A DNA stretch of 64,000 nt, taken from Bacteriovoracaceae bacterium. Its GTDB lineage: Bacteria > Bdellovibrionota > Bacteriovoracia > Bacteriovoracales > Bacteriovoracaceae. The notes below the pieces were generated by a model. The model was not told where the DNA came from, made no database searches, and worked only from the letters and a program-made list of their open reading frames with translations. Of this stretch, positions 47,748 through 58,015 are shown piece by piece. Position 1 is the first letter of the stretch; each line of letters starts with the position of its first letter. The stretch covers positions 256,001-320,000 of the forward strand of contig JBLWTJ010000003.1 of the NCBI GenBank assembly GCA_048270185.1, read 5' to 3'. Both the position numbers and the translations under genes were made by a program.

Positions 47748-50492
47748 CTACCAACCAAAGAGGATTGTCTCATCTTGATCAGCACCGGCCGTATTATTAT
47801 TTGGCTGGTACCATGCTTGGAATTTGTCTGTGGACTCAAAGACGCTACCTTCTGGAATTACTCCACTGATATAGGCACGGTAGGGAACATTGTCTTCATC
47901 TGTTGTACGTGTGAGATTAATAGTTGAGATTGATCCGTCAAGGCCACTTGTCATCGTAATTGTTGCAGGCTCAAGAGATGTAAAGGCTACATAGTCCGAG
48001 TCAGTGTTTATCCCGAATGTATTCTTCATAAGGGCCGTTGGGATAAATGGTGCGGCACAGTAGCCATCTGAATCTGCCGTTGAATTTCCAATCATAGGTA
48101 TGGCACTATCTGATATGAGACGAACGGCATAGGTATTGTAGAGGTTTTGAGATCCTCCAACCTTGTGGCCATAAGTCGTACCTGCTGTGAGGGTGTTCGT
48201 TGTTGTGGCCTCTCCTGAGTTATAGATTGTAATATTATTACTACTTGCACTTGTTGTGATATTTCCTGTCGTTGAAGGGAAACCTGTAATATCAGTTGAA
48301 ATAGGCAAGAGTGGTTTAGGGTCTGCGACGTCACTACTTGAACTTGCATACATGTAACTTAAGATGAAGCCAGTTGAGCTTAATTCATAAGATGCATAAG
48401 TTGAAACAGATAGAACTGTTGAAGTACCGGCCGTTAAAGATGCTGATGTTACAAGCACACCATTTCTTTTGATCTCGACATCAGAATCAGTATAGGCATA
48501 GATTGAAATATAGCTTGAGGTCATTCGAGTGTGATTGAATAAGAACTCTTTTCCAACCCAACTAATTGGATTCCAAACAATATTTCCTATTTTACTGTTT
48601 GTCGTACTTCCACTATCACTTCTTCTTCCGGCCACAAAGAATTTTCCTGTAGCTTCAAAAGTATCAAATTGGGCACATGTGAATGTATAGGTGTCAGTCT
48701 TATTATAAGTGCCTCCAACATCAACACCATTGTGTAAAAAGGTATTTCCATCTTCTAAGGAAACAGCACGACACGAGGTTGCCCCGCCAACATTGACGGC
48801 CATATAGCTTACTTGAAACTCTGGAATATCTGGGAGAGTTTCTGTTGTGAGAATATTTGATGCACTTGAAGTGTATGTCCCATTAGTCGCATAGACGCGG
48901 TAACTATATTCAGTTTCAGGATCAAGGCCTGTGTGAGTATAGTCAGTAGCGGTTTGCGAAGCGACTAGAGTTGTCCAGCTTCCTGCACCGATTTTGTAGT
49001 CAATTTGATAGCCTGTAATTGTTGGCCCCTTAGGGTCAGGTTTGGTCCAAGCAATCTTAATCGTATCAACAGTTCGCTCAACAAGAGAGAGATTGTTAAT
49101 AGCATCAGGAACTCCTAGAACATACCATCCACTCGAGCTTGATATAACTTCGTTACCGGCTTCATCGATTGTTTTAAGAATGAAGTAATACTGATTTCCT
49201 TCAGTGAGTGTAACTCCTGTGTATTGGTAACTAGTGCCCGTAAAGGATGTGTAGGGAGCACCTGCTAAGATATCTGCTTCACTTGTTGAAGTTGATATGG
49301 CCACTTCATAGCTTGCGATTTGTGTACCAGTTCCATCGCCACCGCTAAGAGTTAGTGTGTCAGAGGCCGTCGTAGTAGCATCAGCTCCAAGAGAAATGGA
49401 AGGAGCTATTGGAGCAATATTGTCGTGGATGATTTCGTCGCTATAGCAACTCGATTCAATAGCTGAAGATGATTGAAACTTTATATAGACATTATTTGTG
49501 GCATTTGTTGTCACAAGTGTATATGCCTTTGAAGTAGCATAAGCTTCCCAAATTCCACCAGAGCTACAGCTTGAGTCTGTTGTAATATACATTTGAGTGG
49601 CATTTGTCGCTGTAATATCTAATGTTGTTGCAGTTGAGTTTGTTGCGGCATCATCACTATTGATTGTAAATGAAATCGTATGGGGAACGTCATTTGAAAC
49701 TTTGATTCCATTCGTTCCTCCTGGAGTAATACTTAAAACTGCATCATTACCTGCAATATCTTTGATTGTTCCTGTGTTTAAATCAATCACACTCGCAAGC
49801 CCAATACCACTACCAGGGTCATTGTCTGCTATTGTGAGTAGATATTCAAAAACTAAGGTGTCAGTGCCACTTCCTGATACGTACTCAAGATAAGTGTTCC
49901 CACTATCAAGCTGTAACTCAATACGAGGAACTCCTGTAACATAAACGGTATCATCAAATGTAACAGAGAAACTCAATGTATCACCTGAGTAGTAGGTTCC
50001 GTTTGATGGTTTTGTGAAGTTTGCTTCTGTTGGGATGACTGTATCAACTAAGACAGTAGAAAAACTTTTATCTGTAAAAGTATTAATAAGTGAGTTCCCA
50101 TAGGAATCTTGTATCGTTGAAGTTGAAGTATCTACTGGAGAGATAATATCAATTCCATCACTATCGTTTTGAGATGCAAGAATAGTATATTCAAATATAA
50201 GTGTCTCAGTACCACTTCCTGATACATAATCTGCATAGACTGTTGCTGCGCCAATCATTAGCTCAAGCCTTGGTGTCCCACTAATCACTGAAGCTTTTTT
50301 GTTAAAGTCTACAGCAATAGAAATGGTTTCACCTTCAATATAGTAACCTATAGTATCAATACGAATATTATCTACAACTAGATCTGATTCAATGAGAACC
50401 TTGCGAAGTGTTTCCTCATCTGCACCTCCTGCACATGAGAAGAGAACAGCAAGAGGAATTAGAAATATGAACAATTTTCGAATCAAGTTCAT
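47748..50492 (-). CDS. Large surface lipoprotein/adhesin with Ig-like repeats and FN3 domain
   Basis: Lipobox LFSC; two repeats of G[TV]PR[LI]EL...YVSGSGT[ED]TL[IV]FEY; FN3 motif (W..P...ITGY....LDPETEYSYRVYA.N); very Thr/Ser-rich. ATG 50492 preferred, 50510 possible. Confidence 0.82.
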   Translation of the reverse strand: MNLIRKLFIFLIPLAVLFSCAGGADEETLRKVLIESDLVVDNIRIDTIGYYIEGETISIAVDFNKKASVISGTPRLELMIGAATVYADYVSGSGTETLIFEYTILASQNDSDGIDIISPVDTSTSTIQDSYGNSLINTFTDKSFSTVLVDTVIPTEANFTKPSNGTYYSGDTLSFSVTFDDTVYVTGVPRIELQLDSGNTYLEYVSGSGTDTLVFEYLLTIADNDPGSGIGLASVIDLNTGTIKDIAGNDAVLSITPGGTNGIKVSNDVPHTISFTINSDDAATNSTATTLDITATNATQMYITTDSSCSSGGIWEAYATSKAYTLVTTNATNNVYIKFQSSSAIESSCYSDEIIHDNIAPIAPSISLGADATTTASDTLTLSGGDGTGTQIASYEVAISTSTSEADILAGAPYTSFTGTSYQYTGVTLTEGNQYYFILKTIDEAGNEVISSSSGWYVLGVPDAINNLSLVERTVDTIKIAWTKPDPKGPTITGYQIDYKIGAGSWTTLVASQTATDYTHTGLDPETEYSYRVYATNGTYTSSASNILTTETLPDIPEFQVSYMAVNVGGATSCRAVSLEDGNTFLHNGVDVGGTYNKTDTYTFTCAQFDTFEATGKFFVAGRRSDSGSTTNSKIGNIVWNPISWVGKEFLFNHTRMTSSYISIYAYTDSDVEIKRNGVLVTSASLTAGTSTVLSVSTYASYELSSTGFILSYMYASSSSDVADPKPLLPISTDITGFPSTTGNITTSASSNNITIYNSGEATTTNTLTAGTTYGHKVGGSQNLYNTYAVRLISDSAIPMIGNSTADSDGYCAAPFIPTALMKNTFGINTDSDYVAFTSLEPATITMTSGLDGSISTINLTRTTDEDNVPYRAYISGVIPEGSVFESTDKFQAWYQPNNNTAGADQDETILFGW

Positions 50493-50619
50493 ATTCCAAA
50501 TATCGGTCATTTAAGTTAAGTCGCTTATCTTTTTCTTAACTAATGCTTATTGGGGAATATTTTATAATAAGGCAAGATTATGACCTTAAGGGAGCCGCCA
50601 GATTTCATATGGTTAAAGC

Positions 50620-50670
50620 TCTTACTTGAGTATCTTACTTGATTTTTTGCTTGAGCGTCTTACTTGAGTA
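50620..50670. repeat. Four degenerate 12-13-bp tandem repeats
   Basis: tcttacttgagta / tcttacttgattt / tttgcttgagcg / tcttacttgagta. Confidence 0.75.
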
Positions 50671-50767
50671 ATTTAGCAAGGTCGCCACTAAATGCATTCG
50701 ACATCAAGGCCGAAAAAAAGAAGATGAAGAATGTTGCAAATACTTGTTTGATAAATTTCTTTTCCAT
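50660..50767 (-). CDS. Candidate 35-aa small membrane protein (not in the ORF track)
   Basis: MEKKFIKQVFATFFIFFFSALMSNAFSGDLAKLLK: basic N-terminus followed by a hydrophobic helix. No clear RBS. Confidence 0.4.
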   Translation of the reverse strand: MEKKFIKQVFATFFIFFFSALMSNAFSGDLAKLLK

Positions 50768-50851
50768 GGATAAATACTACTAAATCTTAAAACTTCATTA
50801 AAGTTTTTTCATCTTTGCCGCTATGGTGTTCAGAAATTGACTTATATGGGA

Positions 50852-51760
50852 TCAGGCAAATAGGTTGAGCTGATCGAGTCGTGACTCGTGCTTAGTAAAA
50901 ATTGTTTCAACAGAGTGTTCTAGAACTTCGCGTTTTTCAAAACCATTGTCATAAGTTTGAATGACGTGAAAAGACATTCGTGGAAATTTTGCTTTAAGCT
51001 CTTTCATAGCATCAGTAATAAGATCAATATTACCAGCATCATCATCGCTCATGCCAAAGCGATGGTAATCAGAGTAGCCATATCTCTTTATCGCTAATTC
51101 CACCGATTCAATAATGGCCTTATACTTAAGTTCTGGTACATTGTAATTATCAATATCTCCGCCCAGTCTAAGTCTTGTTTCTGGATTTGATACTGCGTAG
51201 ACCGTGTGAAAGTTTGGAAGATTAGGCAAGTGACCTTCGTTATAGATAACCTCAATTCCTTGCTTAATTGTTTCCTCGTGGTGACCACGGGCCGTGATAA
51301 TTGAAACTGGTCTATGGTTGTAAGTGGCATGATAGAAGTGATTCCAACTTGGTGCTTTCCAAGTCGAATCACTTCTTTCAAGTGCCTCTTGAATATCGTT
51401 GATGAGTGATTGCTTTCTTCCGGTTAGTCGTTGAGTAAGCGAAAGATCTGAATCTCTAAAGTTACGGAAAGTTCCCGTCTCATCATCGAAGTCCATGTGG
51501 TAATCTTTGTATATACCTTCTTTTCCAATTAATTTATTTTGAATAGCGAACTCATGAGAAGATAAGTATTTCTCTTCGCCTGTTTCGTTGTGAAAGATAA
51601 TAATTGGTGTTGAAAGAAAGAGAACATTGTCATCAAGATCAAAGAAATAGAACGACTTTCCACCTAGGTGAAAGTTTCGATCATTCTCGCGCGGAAGCTC
51701 AAAGCTTAACTCAAGCTGTTCCTTATTCTTTGGAATTTTCTTCTTTCTTTTGAAAACCAT
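50852..51760 (-). CDS. HAD-superfamily hydrolase, unknown substrate
   Basis: FFDLDDN (motif I), IITARG (II), K (III) and GMSDDD (IV). ATG 51760 preferred as start. Confidence 0.7.
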   Translation of the reverse strand: MVFKRKKKIPKNKEQLELSFELPRENDRNFHLGGKSFYFFDLDDNVLFLSTPIIIFHNETGEEKYLSSHEFAIQNKLIGKEGIYKDYHMDFDDETGTFRNFRDSDLSLTQRLTGRKQSLINDIQEALERSDSTWKAPSWNHFYHATYNHRPVSIITARGHHEETIKQGIEVIYNEGHLPNLPNFHTVYAVSNPETRLRLGGDIDNYNVPELKYKAIIESVELAIKRYGYSDYHRFGMSDDDAGNIDLITDAMKELKAKFPRMSFHVIQTYDNGFEKREVLEHSVETIFTKHESRLDQLNLFA

Positions 51761-51877
51761 ACTTTCTCTCAATATTTGGCGTATTATCGCCAAATACCAA
51801 ACGAGGTTCAAGTATGGTGCTAGGAATGCGTAATATTTTCATAGAAGAGGGCCGGTATTCTAGTTAATTTCCAGTAC

Positions 51878-52351
51878 TTACCAATTCGAGCCCTTCATAT
51901 TATGGACGACCTCAAAGACTGTTGTCCTCTCAATGATCCCTATAACCTCTCTTCCTTCGACTACAGGAAAGGCATGGTAAGGGTAGTGAAGGAATAACTC
52001 GACAATAAAAGTCAAAGACGAATCATTGGGAATGGTTACCACATTCTCACTCATATAGTGTTCGACAATTGTTGAGGCATGATTGTAGTACTTAGCATCA
52101 AGGCTATATTTAAGGCAGTCTTTCTGTGAAAGAAAGCCGACTAACTGATCTCGATCATTAACAACAGGCAGGCCTGTTATATTGTGCTTGATAAAGAATT
52201 CGCCTGCTTCGTGAATATCCATATCTTGTCTTAACGGTAGGGATTTTTTTATGAGCCGATTAATAATCGTTAAACTAGTAGTGAAGTGCTCTTCCTTTTC
52301 TCTTTGTCTAGGGGCTTTGTCTCGTTCAATTGATGGGGTATAGTTAACCAT
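51878..52351 (-). CDS. CBS-domain pair protein
   Basis: ITGLPVVN...VGFLSQKD and AFPVVE...IGII. Confidence 0.9.
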   Translation of the reverse strand: MVNYTPSIERDKAPRQREKEEHFTTSLTIINRLIKKSLPLRQDMDIHEAGEFFIKHNITGLPVVNDRDQLVGFLSQKDCLKYSLDAKYYNHASTIVEHYMSENVVTIPNDSSLTFIVELFLHYPYHAFPVVEGREVIGIIERTTVFEVVHNMKGSNW

Positions 52352-52428
52352 GATTTCTCCTTTTACTTCCTTATTCTAGGCTTAAAAGGTTGAGGAAATT
52401 TCGTTAATTAAAAGGATTTATTGATATT

Positions 52429-52869
52429 TTGAACGCTGTCGACTTTATAAATTCCACTGGCCTCTTTGGTGTTTTTTTTGTTTGCTTCTTGGCCGCAACG
52501 ATACTGCCTTTTTCATCTGAAATCTTTGTTGTGACGGCCTTAAAACTAGGGCTTGGAAAGATCGATGTCTTTTGGGCCGCAAGTATTGGCAATACTCTAG
52601 GTGGAGTGACTTGCTTCTATCTAGGCCACCTTGGAAAACTTATATGGATCGAAAAATATCTAAAGATTAGTAAAGAAAAAATCTATTCTTTTAAGCATCG
52701 AGTGAATCAATTTGGAGCATTACTAGCAGTACTTTGTTGGCTGCCAATCATCGGTGATCCACTGGCCGTTGCACTGGGTTATTTTCGCTGCCATCCTCTT
52801 TTAACAATTCCTTCAATGTTTATCGGTAAAGCTGCGCGTTATGTCTTTGTAATCTGGTTATTTCACTAG
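52429..52869 (+). CDS. YqaA/DedA-family membrane protein
   Basis: FLAATILPFSSE, GNTLGG, WLPIIGDPL and GKAARY. Confidence 0.9.
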   Translation: MNAVDFINSTGLFGVFFVCFLAATILPFSSEIFVVTALKLGLGKIDVFWAASIGNTLGGVTCFYLGHLGKLIWIEKYLKISKEKIYSFKHRVNQFGALLAVLCWLPIIGDPLAVALGYFRCHPLLTIPSMFIGKAARYVFVIWLFH

Positions 52870-52966
52870 TTAATTTTCTGCGCAAACCTATGACAAAACA
52901 CCTTCAAAATGTGATAATTAAATTTAAGTACAACGACACAAACACACACTATTTAGAGGGCATTCA

Positions 52967-55900
52967 ATGGAGCAAACCAGCGCCGAAAATGAAAATAACA
53001 ACGAAGTGAAATCTTATAAAGAAACTCACCCTGATAGCTTCGTTCATCTACACTTACATACGCAGTATTCTCTCTTAGATGGGGCCATTAGGTTGAAGGA
53101 TTTAATTCCTGAAGCAAAGAAGCTGGGTGTACCGGCCATTGCTCAAACAGATCACGGGAATATGTTTGGTGCTATCGACTTCTATACTCGTTGTAAAAAA
53201 GAAGGTATTAAGCCTATCCTTGGGTCTGAAATTTACTTCACTCCTGGTTCTCGTTTTGATCGTCGTGCTGCAACTAAGAGTGCTAGTGTCAGTTCTCAAG
53301 ATGCTGAAGAGTCTTCAAGACAAATTCACCACTTAATTCTTCTTTGTAAGAATAATACGGGTTACAAAAACCTATGTAAGCTTCTTTCTAAAGCTTATCT
53401 TGAAGGTTTCTATTATAAGCCACGTGCCGACGTGGAGTTACTTCGTGAATACAGCGAAGGATTGATTTGTACAACAGCTTGTCTAAAAGGAGAGGTTGGT
53501 TACAATTTCTTTACTGGCCAAGATGAGAAGGCCATACGTGCAATTGAGAAATTACAAGATATCTTCGGGCCAGATGATTTCTATCTTGAGATTCAAGAAA
53601 ACGGAATTCCGGAACAAAGAATTGTTAATGAGAAAGTGATCGACTTTGCAACAAAGAATAATATCAAACTTGTTGCGACAAATGATTCACACTATATGAC
53701 TCCTGAAGATGCAACAGCTCAAGAAGTACTGCTTTGTATTCAAACAGGAAAGACCTACGCAGATGAGAATAGAATGCGTATGACTTCAAATGCCTTCTAT
53801 TACAAAACGCCTGAAGAGATGAGAGCTGCTTTTCACTACGCTCCTGAAGCATGTGATAATACGCTTGAAATTGCTGATAAATGTAATGTTGAACTTTCGT
53901 GGACTGATGAAAAGGGTAATCAAATTTATCACTTACCTGACTATGAAATCGATACTGACGAGTCACTTGAAGAGTACTTTGTTCGAGTCACGAGAGAGGG
54001 GCTACAGGCCCGCTTCGATGGACCGCAATTTAGAAATATCGTCAATCAACCTGACTGGGAAGAGCAGAAACCTAAGTATTATGAGCGACTTCAATATGAA
54101 ATGGATCTCATTATTCAAATGGGCTTCGTTGGGTACTTCCTTATCGTTGCTGACTTCATTCAGTGGTCAAAAGATAATGGTATCCCGGTTGGTCCTGGTC
54201 GTGGATCTGGTGCAGGATCACTTGTTGCATATTCCCTGACAATTACAAATATTAATCCGCTTCCATATAATCTGCTCTTTGAGCGTTTCATTAATCCTGA
54301 ACGTATTTCGATGCCTGACTTTGACGTCGACTTTTGTCAGGCCGGACGTCAGCGAGTAATTGAATATGTAACGCAAAAATATGGTGAAGATAAAGTTGGC
54401 CAGATCATTACTTTCGGTAAGCTAAGTGCTAAGGCCGTGGTAAAAGACGTTGCCCGTGTTTATGATCTTTCATTTGCTGAAGCCAATATGATCTCAAAGT
54501 TAATTCCAGATGAATTAGGGATTAACCTCGATAAGGCCATCGAAATGGAGCCTAAGCTTCAAGAGCTGATTGAGACAGATCAGAAAATCAGACAAATCTT
54601 TACGATCTCAAAACGTCTTGAAGGACTATATCGAAATGCCGGTATCCACGCTGCCGGAGTTATCATTACATCTGAGCCTCTTGTTGAGTATTGTCCACTT
54701 TTTAAGGGGAACAAGGGTGAGAAAGTTGTTCAATTTGATAAAGACTTCTCGGAACTTATTGGACTTGTAAAATTTGACTTTCTTGGACTTAAAACTCTAA
54801 CGGTAATTGATTATGCATCAAACTTCATTAAGCGTGACCACATGCCTGATTTTGATATTGAGGCCATCGATTACGAAGACAAGAAAGTTTACGATCTTAT
54901 TTCTGAAGGGGATACGATTGGAGTCTTCCAGCTGGAATCAACCGGAATGCAAGATTTATGTCGTCGCATCTCTCCTGATACACTTGACGATATTACGGCC
55001 ATCAACGCCCTCTATCGACCAGGTCCGATGGGATCGGGAATGCATGATGAATTTGTTGAAATCAAACACGGACGTAAAGAAGAAAGCTATCCATTCGAAT
55101 CACTAAAACCAATTCTTAACGATACATATGGGATTATTATTTACCAAGAGCAGGTTATGAACATCGCCCGTATTGTTGCGGGATACTCTCTTGGTCAAGC
55201 CGATATGCTTCGTAAGGCGATGGGGAAGAAGAAGATTTCAGAAATGGAAAGACATAAGCAAATCTTTCTTGATGGGGCAAAAGAGAGAGATTACGATCTA
55301 AAAATTGCTGAAACTCTCTACGATCAGATGGCAAAATTTGCGGAGTACGGATTCAACAAATCACATGCTGTTGCCTATTCATATATTGCTTATCAAACGG
55401 CGTTCTTAAAAGCTTATTACCCTGCAGAGTTCTATGCAGGTCTTTTAAGTACAGAATTATCAAATACAGAAAAGATTACGACAATTATTAACGACTGTCG
55501 TAACCATAGCATTGAAGTTCTTGCTCCAGATGTTAACGAGTCTCTTTACCTATTTAACGTTGTTGAAAATAATCTACGTTTTGGAATGGGGGCCATTAAA
55601 GGAGTTGGAGAAGGAGCCGTTGAAGAGATCGTAAGAGAGAGGACTGAGAATGGTCCATTTACGGGCTTCGTGGACTTCTGTGAAAGAGTTAACTTAAAGA
55701 TTGTTGGTAAGAGAGTTATTGAACCACTTATTCGTGTTGGTGCATTCACTGATTGTGAAAAAGAATTCAATCGCCGTACGATGCTTGAGAATATGGAAGT
55801 TGTTGTTGCCTATGCGTCGAAGCGCCAAAAAGAAAAAGAGATGGGACAAACGAATCTCTTTGATCTAGGTGACGGAGCAGAGGACACGGGTGCAAATAAT

Positions 55901-56593
55901 TTAGATCTTGAGCACGTTGCTGACTGGGATGATCGCGATAAGCTTCTCCAAGAAGCAGAGCTTATTGGTGTCTATGTTTCTGGTCACCCTCTTGATCGCT
56001 ATCAAGGTGTGATTGAACAAATGGCCTCAATGCCAATTCATCAAGTCCAAGATATCGATGGAACATCAAAAAGAGATATGGTTCTTGCGGGAATGATTGT
56101 TGAGCGTAAAAATATCATGACAAAGAAAGGGGATCGCATGTGTTTTGCTACCCTAGAAGATTTGTCAGGTAAGATTGAGTGTATTGTTTTCCCAAAGACC
56201 TTCTTAGAATATGAAGAGATTCTGGCAAGTGACGATCCAATCATCATGACGGGGCAGGTAAACCTGGCCGAAGAGCCACGAAAATTCTTCCCATCTAAGA
56301 TTCAAAAATTAAAAGAACAAGCAGAAGAGCGTGTAACTTCAGTTCGTCTAAATGTTCCTATGAACCTGCTCAATGAAGGGCGCCTAACGCGTCTTAAACA
56401 GACGATACTAGGTCATAGAGGGACAGTTCCACTGCATATTATCTTTGAGCATGATAAGGGAAGAGCAAGAATGCCACTTGGCGAAGACTTTCTTGTTAAT
56501 CCAAGTCCACAGATGGCGGCAAAAATTAATGAAATTTTTGATGTCGATGCAGTGAAGTTTATTATTGATGGAAAAATCAGTGATGTAAGGTAA
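52967..56593 (+). CDS. dnaE: DNA polymerase III alpha subunit
   Basis: PHP domain HLHLHTQYSLLDG, GRGSGAGS, MPDFDVDF, KFDFLGL, YGFNKSH, internal clamp motif QTNLF and OB fold. Confidence 0.98.
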   Translation: MEQTSAENENNNEVKSYKETHPDSFVHLHLHTQYSLLDGAIRLKDLIPEAKKLGVPAIAQTDHGNMFGAIDFYTRCKKEGIKPILGSEIYFTPGSRFDRRAATKSASVSSQDAEESSRQIHHLILLCKNNTGYKNLCKLLSKAYLEGFYYKPRADVELLREYSEGLICTTACLKGEVGYNFFTGQDEKAIRAIEKLQDIFGPDDFYLEIQENGIPEQRIVNEKVIDFATKNNIKLVATNDSHYMTPEDATAQEVLLCIQTGKTYADENRMRMTSNAFYYKTPEEMRAAFHYAPEACDNTLEIADKCNVELSWTDEKGNQIYHLPDYEIDTDESLEEYFVRVTREGLQARFDGPQFRNIVNQPDWEEQKPKYYERLQYEMDLIIQMGFVGYFLIVADFIQWSKDNGIPVGPGRGSGAGSLVAYSLTITNINPLPYNLLFERFINPERISMPDFDVDFCQAGRQRVIEYVTQKYGEDKVGQIITFGKLSAKAVVKDVARVYDLSFAEANMISKLIPDELGINLDKAIEMEPKLQELIETDQKIRQIFTISKRLEGLYRNAGIHAAGVIITSEPLVEYCPLFKGNKGEKVVQFDKDFSELIGLVKFDFLGLKTLTVIDYASNFIKRDHMPDFDIEAIDYEDKKVYDLISEGDTIGVFQLESTGMQDLCRRISPDTLDDITAINALYRPGPMGSGMHDEFVEIKHGRKEESYPFESLKPILNDTYGIIIYQEQVMNIARIVAGYSLGQADMLRKAMGKKKISEMERHKQIFLDGAKERDYDLKIAETLYDQMAKFAEYGFNKSHAVAYSYIAYQTAFLKAYYPAEFYAGLLSTELSNTEKITTIINDCRNHSIEVLAPDVNESLYLFNVVENNLRFGMGAIKGVGEGAVEEIVRERTENGPFTGFVDFCERVNLKIVGKRVIEPLIRVGAFTDCEKEFNRRTMLENMEVVVAYASKRQKEKEMGQTNLFDLGDGAEDTGANNLDLEHVADWDDRDKLLQEAELIGVYVSGHPLDRYQGVIEQMASMPIHQVQDIDGTSKRDMVLAGMIVERKNIMTKKGDRMCFATLEDLSGKIECIVFPKTFLEYEEILASDDPIIMTGQVNLAEEPRKFFPSKIQKLKEQAEERVTSVRLNVPMNLLNEGRLTRLKQTILGHRGTVPLHIIFEHDKGRARMPLGEDFLVNPSPQMAAKINEIFDVDAVKFIIDGKISDVR

Positions 56594-56623
56594 AATAAGT
56601 AAGACTATTTTAATAATCTAGGG

Positions 56624-58015
56624 ATGGATATGAGAAAATTAATTTTATTGCTACTTCTAGCGACAAATACTCTGGCGGCCAGTGTGAATGCAAGAGGGCA
56701 GTTCACGTCAAAGCCAGGAGATACTCTCTCATTTATCAAGAAGCAATTATATGCAAATGCAGTTAGTAATGTACTGGACTCAGAGCTAAAAAAACTAGGT
56801 CTTGATACTAAAACTTTTTGGCAAAATTATCAGACGCAATTTGATGAACATTTTGCGGCCATCAAAGAAAATTATGATCGTGAATTTGGGGCCGTTGATG
56901 AAGAGGGCAATCCTGTTACATTATCAGGATCAACTTTAGATCGCTACCAGAGAGGTCTACGTTTTAAGAAATTAAATGCTCAATCTAACTTTGGACAATT
57001 CAATTCTATTATCTTGTCTTATGCCGTTAAAAAGATGTCTAAGTCTCTTTCTCGTGCAGACACCCACTATATTAATATTGATGCGAAGGTTAATCGTAAA
57101 GTTGTTTCAGAAATCTACTATCGTTATATCGGAACAGGTAAGAGTCGAAGCTATACAAAACTCTTTTTAAATATCGATTACAAGCTTAAGGGTTTAACTT
57201 GGGAGGAAGTCGGAGTCACTTCGCAATCTAAGTTTACGGATGTTGTTGAAGAGCATTGGCTGAAAGAGTTAACTGAAAGCGTTGGAAGTGTTTTCTTAGA
57301 TGGTATCGAGATCGTCAATCCTGCAACGAAGAATGAAATCTATGAGTATCTTAAGAAGCCTCTTGGGGTTCTGCGTTCGAGCGATGTTTCGATCTTTGAT
57401 TCTCGCCAAGAGATGCTTAGGAACTCACTTCTACTAAACCTAGAAATTGTACTTTCTAAAGAATTTAAAGACGATAAGCAGAAGGTTATTAATATTAAAA
57501 CTCAAGGTGGTCTTGTTCTGACTGACCTTCGTGATGGTACGATTGTTAGCTTCACTGACTTTGAGGCCAAAGCACAAGAATACTCGACTGTTGATCCACA
57601 TAAACAAAGCTCAGATATTGCAAGCTATGTTTATCAATTACCTATTAATGAAATGAAGAATCTTAAAAGAACTGTGAAAGAGAAAGTTTCTGTTAAAAAT
57701 TCTTTTGAAATCGTATTAAAGAATACTTCAAGTATCAACGATGCTTTCGACTTTGCTAATATGTTAAAAGAAGAGGGGGTTGTTTATTTCTTTGATCCTC
57801 AAATCACATCAACTCTACAGAATGTTGTTAATATTAGTGTGACTTTCTCGGGTGATAAAGATAAGGCGATGGAAGTTTTAAAGAAGTTTAATAATGTAAA
57901 ACTATCTGAGACAGCTTCGGTTGTTAGAGATGAGAATTTACCTTTTGTTTTTAATATCAATCACGCCAACCAGAAGAAAATTGAAAAAGATGCCAGTAAG
58001 GTTAAGAATTTATGA
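56624..58015 (+). CDS. Secreted hypothetical protein
   Basis: Signal peptide (TLA); overlaps the next gene by 4 nt. Confidence 0.75.
   Translation: MDMRKLILLLLLATNTLAASVNARGQFTSKPGDTLSFIKKQLYANAVSNVLDSELKKLGLDTKTFWQNYQTQFDEHFAAIKENYDREFGAVDEEGNPVTLSGSTLDRYQRGLRFKKLNAQSNFGQFNSIILSYAVKKMSKSLSRADTHYINIDAKVNRKVVSEIYYRYIGTGKSRSYTKLFLNIDYKLKGLTWEEVGVTSQSKFTDVVEEHWLKELTESVGSVFLDGIEIVNPATKNEIYEYLKKPLGVLRSSDVSIFDSRQEMLRNSLLLNLEIVLSKEFKDDKQKVINIKTQGGLVLTDLRDGTIVSFTDFEAKAQEYSTVDPHKQSSDIASYVYQLPINEMKNLKRTVKEKVSVKNSFEIVLKNTSSINDAFDFANMLKEEGVVYFFDPQITSTLQNVVNISVTFSGDKDKAMEVLKKFNNVKLSETASVVRDENLPFVFNINHANQKKIEKDASKVKNL

Noticed and set aside
52967..56593. Intein or split in dnaE
   Set aside because: The length (1208 aa) and continuous motifs are normal; no intein splice-junction or LAGLIDADG motifs were seen.
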